A DNA stretch of 64,000 bases. Source: Nemertoderma westbladi (lineage: Eukaryota > Animalia > Xenacoelomorpha). Numbering within the stretch: the first letter of the stretch is position 1; every line of letters starts with the position of its first letter. The notes beneath the pieces were generated by a model. That model was not told the origin of the DNA, did no database searches, and saw only the letters and a program-made list of their open reading frames with translations. Both the position numbers and the translations under genes were made by a program. The stretch lies in the NCBI GenBank assembly GCA_032718475.1, contig JAUCBJ010008204.1, positions 1 to 64,000 of the forward strand, read 5' to 3'. Shown piece by piece: positions 24,302-36,427 of the stretch.

Positions 24302-25036
24302 ATGACTGATGTAAAGAAACTCCCGACTATTCCGGAAACTTTACTTCGACGTCGCAAACACGCGACCGAACGTAAAGTCCGCTCCGACAAACACCAGCAA
24401 AAGCAGAAGAAAGCCAACCGGGACAAACGAAAGATCGTATTCAAACGTGCGGAGGCCTACGTGAAGGAATACCGAACGGCGGAGAGAGACCTGATCCGTA
24501 TGAAACGAGACGCGAGGAAGCACGATAACTACTACGTACCGGACGAACCCAAGTTGGCGTTCGTTGTTCGAATCCGTGGTATCAACGGAGTCCATCCAAG
24601 AGTTCGGAAGATTCTACAGATTCTTCGACTCCGTCAGATAAACAACGGGGTCTTTATAAAGCTCAACAAGACGAGCATTCGATTGCTACGCATCGTAGAG
24701 CCTTATATAACCTACGGGTATCCGAACCTCAAGTCTATCAGGGAGTTGATCTACAAGCGAGGCTACGGTAAGATTCAGCAGAGAAGAGTAGCTCTTAGTG
24801 ATAACAGTTTGATTGAAAACTCTTTGGGCAAATTCAATATCATCTGCGTGGAGGATCTAATACACGAGATATTCACGGTCGGGCCGCACTTCAAGGAGGC
24901 GAATAACTTCCTGTGGCCCTTCAAACTGGCGGCCCCGCGTGGTGGCCACAGGAAGATCGGAATACATTACATCGAGGGGGGAGACAACGGTAATAGGGAG
25001 AATAAAATCAACCGGTTGGTCAGGAAGATGAACTGA
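24302..25036 (+). CDS. RPL7: 60S ribosomal protein L7 (uL30), intronless CDS
   Basis: [71 protein letters not shown]. Confidence 0.97.
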   Translation: MTDVKKLPTIPETLLRRRKHATERKVRSDKHQQKQKKANRDKRKIVFKRAEAYVKEYRTAERDLIRMKRDARKHDNYYVPDEPKLAFVVRIRGINGVHPRVRKILQILRLRQINNGVFIKLNKTSIRLLRIVEPYITYGYPNLKSIRELIYKRGYGKIQQRRVALSDNSLIENSLGKFNIICVEDLIHEIFTVGPHFKEANNFLWPFKLAAPRGGHRKIGIHYIEGGDNGNRENKINRLVRKMN

Positions 25037-26046
25037 GTGAGGTCCTGTAACGCACGGTTGCTCCTACTGTGTAACTGGGATGCTTCTGTAACGCAATATA
25101 ACGGTTTATGGGTGTTTATTTCTGTGTAAATTGATCTCTGTACTCCCGACTTGTGTTACTGTGGTATCTCATATATTAATGGAATGTCTCGAATTATATA
25201 CACTTTGATAAGCTTTTACAGTAAAGCTGAACAACAAATTTTAGTATTTCCATATATGGATAAATTATTATGTATAAATATAATCGCCAACACAATTTAA
25301 GCTGGGGGGGGGTCGTCATGGTTTTAATGGGGCTTGATAGAAAAATTATTAAGAAAAATTATAAAAACTACAAGAAGTTATCATTTATGAAACGCGCAGC
25401 ACGTGACATAAACTTATAGTAAGTGTCAACTCTGAAGAATTATAAGCAAAATGTAAGCAGGTGTGCAGAACTATCGATTTCTGAAAAAGGAAATAATATT
25501 TCAGTATAACAATAAATGCAATAGATTTCGATATTGGATAGAATTTCACCAACCTGACGAGTAAATATGTGGGAGCCACGGGATGAGGTATACTTTATAA
25601 TTTTTACAAATCTAACGTTTAAATTTAGAAAGATGTATCAGAAAAGTTTGTGAAACAGAAGCTGCAAGACAGGGAGAGATGGGGTAGAAATGGAATGATG
25701 GGGGACAGGGAGGATGGTGGTAGAAAGAAAGTGTAGTAGTAGTGAGCAGGACTATTCTGCAATGCACAGTGTCACTAACGCTACAAGGGCCCGGTGAAGA
25801 TGATTGAAATGGTAATAAATGAAATATACCGGAGAACAACCGTTACCAGATAAATATGAAATTTATTTTACCGATAAAATTTGCTAACAACTATCATTAA
25901 ATTGCATAGCCAGAGACGTAGAGAAATTATTGATAAGGGAATATAATATATACTGATATACGATTACTTAATACAGTAATAGGGAAATGGTGACCCTATT
26001 GGGCGCGGGTGCGGGGTAGAGCAACTGTACATCATCGAGATTCTCG

Positions 26047-26178
26047 CTCATGTGAAGAATACCAGGATTTCACTTTTCGGTCGACTTTTTATTGGAATTT
26101 TATATATGCCCCAAGATTTTTTATTTTTTTAAATCTATCTTTATTAAGTGTTTTATAGCGCTTATTTCTGTCTTATAA
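26047..26178 (+). mobile_element. Truncated MITE copy (same family as 57410-57689)
   Basis: catgtgaagaataccaggatttcacttttcggtcgacttttt...ttttatagcgctta matches 57434-57542; that family ends in ggtattcttcacatg. Confidence 0.7.
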
Positions 26179-28239
26179 CAACAAGTGGAACCACTTCATA
26201 TATAACAACCCACTTCATATATAACAACAAGTGGAACCACATCATATATAACAACAAGTGGAACCACTTCATATATAACAACAAGTGGAACTACTTCATA
26301 TATAACAACAAGTGGAACTACATCATATATAACAACAAGTGGAACCACTTCATATATAACAACAAGTGGAACCACTTCATATATAACAACAAGTGGAACT
26401 ACATCATATATAACAACAAGTGGAACCACTTCATATATAACAACAAGTGGAACCACTTCATATATAACAACAAGTGGAACTACATCATATATAACAACAA
26501 GTGGAACCACTTCATATATAACAACAAGTGGAACCACTTCATATATAACAACAAGTGGAACCACTTCATATATAACAACAAGTGGAACTACATCATATAT
26601 AACAACAAGTGGAACCACTTCATATATAACAACAAGTGGAACCACTTCATATATAACAACAAGTGGAACCACTTCATATATAACAACAAGTGGAACCACT
26701 TCATATATAACAACAAGTGGAACTACATCATATATAACAACAAGTGGAACCACTTCATATATAACAACAAGTGGAACCACTTCATATATAACAACAAGTG
26801 GAACCACTTCATATATAACAACAAGTGGAACCACTTCATATATAACAACAAGTGGAACCACTTCATATATAACAACAAGGGGAACTACATCATATATAAC
26901 AACAAGTGGAACCACATCATATATAACAACAAGTGGAACCACTTCATATATAACAACAAGTGGAACCACTTCATATATAACAACAAGGGGAACTACATCA
27001 TATATAACAACAAGTGGAACCACTTCATATATAACAACAAGTGGAACCACTTCATATATAACAACAAGTGGAACCACTTCATATATAACAACAAGTGGAA
27101 CCACTTCATATATAACAACAAGTGGAACTACATCATATATAACAACAAGTGGAACCACTTCATATATAACAACAAGTGGAACCACTTCATATATAACAAC
27201 AAGTGGAACTACATCATATATAACAACAAGTGGAACCACTTCATATATAACAACAAGTGGAACCACTTCATATATAACAACAAGGGGAACTACATCATAT
27301 ATAACAACAAGTGGAACCACATCATATATAACAACAAGTGGAACCACTTCATATATAACAACAAGTGGAACTACATCATATATAACAACAAGTGGAACCA
27401 CTTCATATATAACAACAAGTGGAACCACTTCATATATAACAACAAGTGGAACTACATCATATATAACAACAAGTGGAACCACTTCATATATAACAACAAG
27501 TGGGACCACATCATATATAACAACAAGTGGAACCACTTCATATATAACAACAAGTGGGACCACTTCATATATAACAACAAGTGGGACCACGTCATATATA
27601 ACAACAAGTGGAACCACTTCATATATAACAACAAGTGGGACCACGTCATATATAACAAGAAGTGGAACCACATCATATATAACAACAAGTGGGACCACTT
27701 CATATATACCAACAAGTGGGACCACATCATATATAACAACCCACGTCATATATAACAACAAGGGGAACTACATCATATATACCAACAAGTGGAACCACAT
27801 CATATATAACAACAAGTGGGACCACATCATATATAACAACAAGTGGAACTACTTCATATATATCAACAAGTGGAACCACTTCATATATACCAACAAGTGG
27901 GACCACATCATATATAACAACCCACGTCATATATAACAACAAGGGGAACTACATCATATATACCAACAAGTGGAACCACATCATATATTACAACAAGTGG
28001 GACCACATCATATATAACAACAAGTGGAACCACTTCATATATAACAACCCACTTCATATATAACAACAAGGGGAACTACATCATATATAACAACAAGTTG
28101 GACCACATCATATATAACAACAAGTGGAACCACTTCATATATAACAACCCACTTCATATATAACAACCCACTTCATATATAACAACAAGTGGAACTACAT
28201 CATATATAACAACAAGTGGAAGGAACCACTTCATATATG
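26175..28239 (+). repeat. 27-bp minisatellite (agtggaaccacttcatatataacaaca), left block
   Basis: Roughly 75 tandem units with a few recurrent variants and occasional 19-bp units. Confidence 0.97.
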
Positions 28240-30265
28240 ATAGATAGATAGATATATATATTTATACATTATGTAAAAACAATAACAAATACACCAAACA
28301 ATGTACCGGTATAAAAGTATTGTCCAACAACATATAGGATTACCCCTAAAGCTTTGCAGCTTATTTCCTAGGGGGTCCTTTATGTTACTTGGTTACAAAT
28401 ACAATATTACACTACGCTAACCTAAAACCAATATAAAACGTAATTACACTATGTACATATACAACTTTACCGAGAGCGTGACAATGCCCGACTCAACGAT
28501 AAAGATGTAATGTACAGAACAATTTATTATAAAACGTAATTACAGTATAAATAGTAAATAATTAATAAACTAATAACTTACTGTAGGACTATTGTACCTA
28601 TTTTTACATTGCACACGGAGGTGAGATTTAACTGCAGATTTAAAAGAATGTTGATTATTTAGGTTTTTAATTTCATTAGGCAGAGCGTTCCAATTTTTAA
28701 TGCCGTTAAAAAAGAAAGTATCAGATTCGAAGGATTTACAATTCGGGAGGTAGAAGTTTGAAGCACTAGCTCTGGTACTGTAAGAGTGTGTATCGCGTAT
28801 TCTGTTTTATTTTTGTTTTAGGTAATTGGGACATTTACCATTATACACTTTATGCACATGGTTAAAGGCGTAGCTGCTTAACTCTACTATCTAAGTTAAG
28901 TAGTCCAGATTCAGAAAAGTCATCTGGTGTTAGGTGGTGCCTAGGTTTGTAGTCTTTAATAAATCGTAGTACTTTATTCTGAGCTACTTGTGGGGCGAGC
29001 CACGAAGTTGGCGGAGCCTTAGCGAATTGACACTGTTAGGGGGTGGGTCAATTTATGCAAATAGTTGTCGTCGTCGTCGTTGTCGTCGTCGTCGTCGTCG
29101 TTACGATTTTGACATGCTAATAACTTTGTCGGATTTAAAGCTGCCAAGTTGAAAATTTGTAGGTATCAATATGAGCAAAAGTTGAGATTTTTGAGAGACT
29201 TTCAGACACCATCAGTGCAATGGTCTCCCGCTAGAGGGCCACATGTCTAAACATTAAATGCCCTCCCATTTCTTTGCTTTTAATCCGTTTAAGCTGAAAC
29301 TTGGCAGATATGTATTAGACCATTAGCTGTGACTTTCAAAGGAGGCGAATCCATCTGCAGTTCTCCAGTCTGCCGCTAGAGGGCCAAATGTCTGAAAGTG
29401 AAATCGTTGTCGTCGTTATGATATTGACATGCTTATAACTTTGTCGAATTTAAAGCTGCCAAGTTGAAAATTTGTTTTGTTGAAAATCAGTTCAACAGTC
29501 ACCCGCTATAGGACTACTTTATGCCTGAAAGTGAATAGATTCTCCCGTCTTATTGATTTTAATCAGTTTAAGCTGAATCTTGCCATATATTCTGGACCAC
29601 ATGCTGCGTCTTTGTGGGGGGGGGGGGGGGGGGGGGGGAGATTTAATCGGTCTGCCGCTATACGACGAAATTTCTGAAAGTGAGATCCGTCTCTCATTTC
29701 GTTATCCGTTATTCAAGATGAAACTTGGCCGATGTACGTATGTACTATTCATCCATAGGCTGTGTCTTTGTGGGGCTGGAGACCCTAATCCATCTTCAGT
29801 TCTCACTATACCGCTAGAGTCAGAAATGTCTGAATAGAAATGAAAGAGGTAAAAAGTGATTAGGCGAAATCTGCTTAAAATTTGCTAATACAGTAATACT
29901 TTCGAATTAGTACTTAAATTAAATTTAAGTCACGTGCTGCGCGAAGGCCCCACTTCGTGTAATTTACATTTAAGCTGTTTGGTTAAGCCTTCATACCAAG
30001 AAGAGCATGCATAGTCCATGTGACACTGTATTAAAGAAGAGCAAAGTAACTTGCGGGAGTCGGTGTTTAAACTATTTTTATTTCTGTATAGAAACCTAAG
30101 CCTACTGTTAACTTTCGAGAAAATATTTTTCACTATGCTTTCTCCTGATAAGCAGTTATCCAATGTGGCGCCTAAATATTTAACTTCCTTTTTATTTTCA
30201 ATCTTATGTTCATTACTAGTTACTTCAAACTTAGTTACATTCTTTAACTTTCTTTTGGAAAGTTT
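28240..30265 (-). mobile_element. 5'-truncated LINE (CR1/L2-group) 3' fragment inserted in the minisatellite
   Basis: KYLG.TLDNCLSGE...KVNSRLRFLYR...LIQCHMDYACSSWY...KL joins QVAQNKVLRFI across a nested insert; downstream WNALP motif; (TATC)n tail at 28240. Confidence 0.85.
28992..29957. mobile_element. Non-coding insert in the LINE (possibly Helentron/HINE-like) with ~140-160-bp internal repeats
   Basis: Removing it restores LKCKLQVAQ; flanked by TGT on both sides; the end tgtggggcgagccacga recurs inverted at ~43850-43867; (GTC)n microsatellite; repeated ccgctagagggc units. Family assignment is a guess. Confidence 0.7.
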
Positions 30266-30620
30266 TCATATATAACAACAAGTGGAACCACATCATATAT
30301 AACAACAAGTGGAACCACTTCATATATAACAACAAGTGGAACCACTTCATATATAACAACAAGTGGGACCACTTCATATATAACAACAAGTGGAACCACT
30401 TCATATATAACAACAAGTGGGACCACTTCATATATAACAACAAGTGGAACCACTTCACATATAACAACCCACTTCATATATAAGAACAAGTGGAACTACA
30501 TCATATATAACAACAAGTGGAACCACATCATATATAACTACAAGTGGGACCACTTCCTTATATAACAACAAGTGGAACCACTTTCACTTCATATATAATG
30601 AAAAAGGAAGTGGAACCACT
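30265..30620 (+). repeat. 27-bp minisatellite, right block
   Basis: Same unit as 26175-28239, decaying into unique sequence. Confidence 0.95.
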
Positions 30621-32972
30621 TTATCTACTATTACAAGTGAAACCATTCCAAATTCAATGGTAAGAAGAACAATATCCGACCACTACGTCATCTACGACAT
30701 TTTCCAGTAGGCCATTTAGTAGTAGTAATTGCTAATTAGTGCACATGGAACATGTGTACGTACGTTTACACCCCATATTCAACATTTATTGTATTACGCC
30801 AGTACTAACTATGCAGCTATGTTGCTGCCATATGTTCTCCTATTTAAGTATTTAATGTCTCATGGTTGATATTTTACCTACAACATTCATATGTTTCAAT
30901 AGTTTTTTAATAGGATTGAGGCCTCTGACCAACATACCCAAACCAAACTACTAAACTGAGGCTTTTATATTATTGATTATTTGTGTGCCCATTAGTGATA
31001 CGGGTCCAATACCATTAGTAGATAAGGTGTAAGGACATGATTGACATGGATTCTCCGGTCTCAATTTTTCTGGATTCATGATGTCCGGCCACGAGTTACC
31101 CGGACATTGTCTAGACATGAATTTCACGGAATCGAATTGTCCTGTTACCAAACAACCGTCACTACTAGATAATTTTTTATATATTAATTATGTATTGATA
31201 TTTGAATGTGTATATATTATATTTATTGAATTTGTGACCTACAATTTTGGTTTAAACCATATAATGCCATATTTTGGTGAATATAAAATACAGGTTCAAT
31301 TGTCCGGTTACGAATTGCTGTGCAATTGCTTTCTTCGTGCAGTATTTTGGTGAGAAACAAGTTTGGGTAAAGACAATAAAGGCAATGTGAGGGCCATCGC
31401 ATACGCATACTTATTATTCATTATGATTTTCATATTAATTTAATTACGCGAAATTAAAGTCATTCCAATATCAACCCATATATCGGCGCGGCGGCTATAA
31501 GTGTAAGCTATGGGGAAGTATTCCATCCATACTTGTAAGCTATGGGGAAGTATTCCATCCATACTTGCTATTTGCCCTTATTTCCTCAACTTATTCGACT
31601 ATTGTTTCCTTTTCTTATAATATTAAATATTGGTATTCAATTACTGTAGATTACTTTAGTTGTACGCCACAAGTTGGTAACACGAAAGTAATTTAGAAGA
31701 TTTATTTTAATGAGAGTAAATATGATTTTCATCTCCCGACAGGATTAATTAAAAATTAATAATATTTAATTAATTTAAAAATTCCTGAAATTTTTATCGA
31801 TGTGGTGTACTTCCTTAGTGCGCATTATTACATATTGACAGAACCCAATATAGTCAGACAGTTTTGCACAGGAAGGTTTAAACTTTAAAGTTAATTACAG
31901 TATTTCGGAATAACATTTTTTAATTTTAAATTACTACTCCCCTGCCATTTTTTAACGGAATTGTCCAATTTTTGTTGGAAACCTCGTTACAGTACTGTAC
32001 ATAGTCGGCGGTATGAATTTGTCAGAATTTTTAATTTAGTCATAACCATTAACATTTAATCGGATGATTTTTTGCAAAAAAAAATAAAACTTTTCACATT
32101 TTGTGCTAAATTTTGGTGCAAAGTCGAAAAATAAACTTATTTCAAAATTATGCCGCCATGGCCTGGTGCCACATACATTCGACATACAGTACCGGTATAT
32201 GTTGTTTCTGAGCCAAACACACTAACGTTTATTAAATTTGGAACAAAACTCAGAGAAAGGTAGCATTTTTAAAATTAAATACTTTCTATGATGGCCGCTA
32301 GGGGGCGTCAAAAAATTATTTTGAAGAATTATTTAGTCATATGTTCATTGCCTGGATAGTATGATTAACAAACGTTTAAAAAATCTGTATTTTGGGAGCA
32401 CCCCACCAATTTCAAGGATATGGACAATGAACCGACCAATCAGGCTCATGTTGCTTCATATTATGCATACTGTATATATGCATGAGAATGTACTGTATGT
32501 TAGTATGTAGGCCTACTGTCTGTATTGTATATATCATATTGATATATAAGACGCCTCAGTTTGTTATACATAATGCCTAGTGCCTAGGCATTCTACTTTG
32601 CCAATCATAACTGATTTCAGAATGCGAGAAAGGGTTTTTATATCACGTGGCTGCAGTTGTAGTACATTGTTGTTAGAATTATCATAGGCAAATAGAAACT
32701 ACGATATGGCAATAAGATACGGACGAACTTTGTTCAAACCCAAACTGGCTCAAACCCCTGTAGCAATGGAGGCAATTAGCCAAACAAATATTATTTGTCT
32801 GTCAGTTACTGTAGGCCTACTGTACCGTACTGTACTGTACTGTACTGTAGGCCTACTGTTGTTTTATTTTATTATTATTCACAATTTACTACATTTCTAC
32901 CCACAATGTAGAATGTAGACGGTGGTTGGGCGGGTTGGCCCATTACACCAGCTAGCATTCATATATTGTAGC

Positions 32973-33804
32973 CAGGGCTGTATTTAGGGGGGTGGCGAAG
33001 GGGCCGAGCGAGGCCCCAGGCCCCCCACCACGATCCCACAACTAGTGATCGACCGAACTACAGAGGAGCCGAACCGGAACCGAACTGAAACCGAACATGG
33101 CAATTTTGAATTTACCACTTTTTTTCAAAAAATAAATGCAAAACAAAAGGTTCGTGTGAAAAACAGTAAATATTTTTATATCTCATGAAATTACTGTATA
33201 TTTTTTTTCACTTTCGATTCTTGCATTTTTTGATCCGATGTTTTTATACTGATATACACAGGAACATGCTTCAAATTTCTAATTTCCACGGGTAATATAT
33301 AGGGATGTGAGTTTTCCTGAAATATGTTTTTCAAGGAAATTTCCGGTAAAGTATATTTCACCCGTAGTTACGACCACAAGTGTCAAGACAACGAACTACC
33401 TAAACACATCTAAGCAGGAATCCCTTGTTTCTAGTGTTTACTCTACTTGTGTTTTACTATATGTTTTCAGAATGTGCTAAATAAATTTAATAAAATAGGA
33501 AATTTCCGGAAAATGTATAGGAAATTTCCGGAAAATGTATAGGAAATTTCCGGAAATTTCCAAACATTTTCTGACTCACATCCCTACTAATATATTTACA
33601 TTCAGGTTTCTTTGAAAGGTATTTGCAATAAATAGATTGAAAAGTTAGGGTAATTAAAACGAGAGAAAATGTGTCTTTCAGTATAGTATAGTCTGTGAAA
33701 AGTGCTCGGCGCCGTGTGTGTGCAAAGCCCATACAGTAGAGCCCAGGCCCCCCACCACTGACCCGGCCCCAGGCCACCCACCACTCACTCTAAATCCGGC
33801 CCTG
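32973..33804. mobile_element. hAT-type MITE
   Basis: Imperfect TIRs cagggctgtatttag / ctaaatccggccctg; exact 8-bp TSD ATTGTAGC (32965-32972, 33805-33812). Confidence 0.9.
33300..33586. mobile_element. Nested hAT-type MITE
   Basis: TIR tagggatgtgagt / actcacatcccta; near-TSD gtaatata / ctaatata; internal ggaaatttcc repeats. Confidence 0.8.
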
Positions 33805-34182
33805 ATTGTAGCTACACTATAATTATTATAATCCGCATTACATAACAAAAACTTACTGTACGACCAAATATATCATATAGTTAAGCGTAAAGTAATTGCC
33901 ACTAGGGCCTATAAATAGACACAGGTGACCGACCTACTGTACTGTAAGTATGTTTATATTGTAATAATTGTCAGATTGTTAAGTAATAAAATGCACTTTT
34001 CCATATAGGTTGTAGTACGGTACCGGTAATACTGTAATACAGTAATAAACTGCATGAGTGTCGGTGCACCTTTTCGTTGTTGAAATTAATTTGTAATTTT
34101 CTATCATTGTGTAACTTATAAGTAACATTTTTTGTTGTAAAGAAAACAATCATCAGAAAATCAACTCAATAATCTGATAATA

Positions 34183-36427
34183 ATGGGTCCGGAACATAAT
34201 TTAGGTGACAACACAGATCATGACATGGTTTTTCTATTTACCTCTGAGAGTGTTGGGGAAGGGCACCCGGATAAACTGTGCGACCAAGTTAGCGACGCGG
34301 TATTGGACGCGCATCTGGCGCAGGACCCAAACGCGAAAGTCGCGTGCGAGACAATGGCGAAAACCGGTCTGGTGATGGTTTCCGGAGAGATCACTAGTAG
34401 GGCCTCGGTGGACTACCAGAAGGTGGTCCGCGAGACCATTAAACATATCGGTTACGACGACAGCGAAACGGGATTCGATTATAAGACTTGTAACGTTTTA
34501 GTCGCAATCGAGGAGCAAAGCCCCGAGATCGCGCAGTCGGTGCACGTTGGGAAGGCGGACGAGGAGGTTGGGGCCGGCGACCAGGGTTTAATGTTCGGGT
34601 ACGCTACCGATGAGACCGCCGAGAGTATGCCGCTCACCGTGGTGCTGGCCCACGCGTTGAACCGTAAGTTAGCGGAGTACCGACGCGATGGGACTATACC
34701 GTGGCTGCGCCCGGATTCTAAGACCCAGGTCACTGCCGAGTACAGGTTCGACGGGGGGGCCGCCGTACCCCTACGGGTTCATACCGTGGTTATATCGACC
34801 CAGCACAACGAGACGGTTACTAATGAAGAGATTAGGTAAGTAACTTGATCCCACACGACACGGGCGTTTGTATTTCTGTAAATACTTATGTACGCAGTTC
34901 GCTGGCAGTAAGTTTATCTGTTCGGCATTTTTATTATTTTATTTGAAAATCGATATTAAAATTAACGGGAAAAATTTGAACCCCGTAATATAAAATTCAT
35001 AATACAGTGTAGAACTGTAATATATATGAACATATTAAGACAGAACAAAGAAGTGCACAAAATTCATTGATAAGATAAGATTTTAAGAATTTCCTACACA
35101 GATAGAGCAAATTTATGTACTAAATACTAAATCAAATTTGTATCTAATTAATATAAACGTGGACATATTGCACCCTACTTGTAGCTGGTACCTGGACGCG
35201 GACGGGTAGTCCCAATATTACAGGCACCAGTAACACAACGGTTAATTATTATTAATTAAGTTTTGTAATATTGGAAATAACTAAATATGGAGATAAGTGT
35301 AATGTAATGTATTGTATTAAGTTTAAAACAATTTCGCAAGTTGAAATCAAAGTACTATAACATAAGATGGCCAAGTACTGTAGTGTGTAGGGTTGACCAC
35401 AGTGACAGCATATATGCTGGTATTGACAGTTGGGAGGCCGTGAGGAGGTAAATTGCGGACATACAAGGTATCAGATAGTATTTACAGGTCTATCCTTTAC
35501 GTGAGCCGCTAGCTGAATGGTTAGAGCGTCAGACTTCCAACCTGAAGGTCACCAGTTCGATCCCACCTGGACGTCATTGCCGACTTTGCAAAGATGTGCC
35601 CAACAAAAAGTTATAATAAGTCCCGTATATCATTAAACATAACTGATATAAGATGGGCACATAGCCTTATCACCTAACCAAAACTAATGCAATCTACCTG
35701 CACACTGACTGACATACATACATAAACAAGACGGGGAACTAATTATTTAAAATTAAACATCACTCAAAAGATACATCTGTTAATCGGGTTATAATATGAA
35801 CAGAACAAGTGGGATTATGTTTTTAGTATTTTTTGTTTAATAATAAATCAATACAATTTATTTGTTTATATTATTTTTAGGAAGACGTTACGAACACGTA
35901 TTATAGACGAAGTGATTCCTTCTAAGTACATGGACGACAAGACCATCTTCCATCTCAACCCCTCGGGCGCCTTCACTATAGGAGGTCCCATGGGTGACGC
36001 TGGGCTCACTGGACGCAAGATAATAGTGGACACGTACGGGGGCTGGGGGGCCCACGGGGGCGGGGCATTCAGCGGCAAGGACTACACCAAGGTGGACCGC
36101 AGTGCGGCGTACGCAGCCCGTCAGGTGGCCATGAGTCTGGTGCGCGCGGGGATCTGTCGGAGGGTGTTGGTGCAGGTCGCCTACTCTATAGGGATAGCGG
36201 AACCCCTGTCGCTGTCGGTCATCGACTTTAACACCTCCAAGTATTCGGCTCGTCAACTCATATCGATCGTGAACGCGAACTTCGACCTGCGCCCCGGCGC
36301 CATCCTAAAGGCCTTGGATCTGAAGCGACCCATCTACCAGCAGACAGCCTCTTACGGTCACTTTGGGCGGAAAGAGTTCCCGTGGGAGCAACCCAAACAC
36401 ATCGTAATACCCAAGTTCGACTCGTAA
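34183..36427 (+). CDS. MAT: S-adenosylmethionine synthetase, 2 exons (34183-34835, 35881-36427)
   Basis: [52 protein letters not shown]; GTAAG...TTTTAG intron 34836-35880 joins in frame (EEIR|KTLR). Confidence 0.97.
35503..35570 (+). mobile_element. tRNA-derived SINE head (in MAT intron)
   Basis: A-box tagctgaatgg, B-box gttcgatcc, no acceptor stem; second copy on the minus strand at 38987-39049. Confidence 0.7.

Noticed and set aside
26148-27761. 535-aa (KWNHFIYNN)n and 521-aa (VVIYEVVPL)n ORFs; also considered as a CRISPR-like array
   Set aside because: By-products of a stop-free 27-bp tandem repeat; there are no unique spacers and the context is eukaryotic
35503-35570. Functional tRNA gene
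   Set aside because: No acceptor stem, irregular anticodon loop and a diverged second copy; better explained as a SINE head
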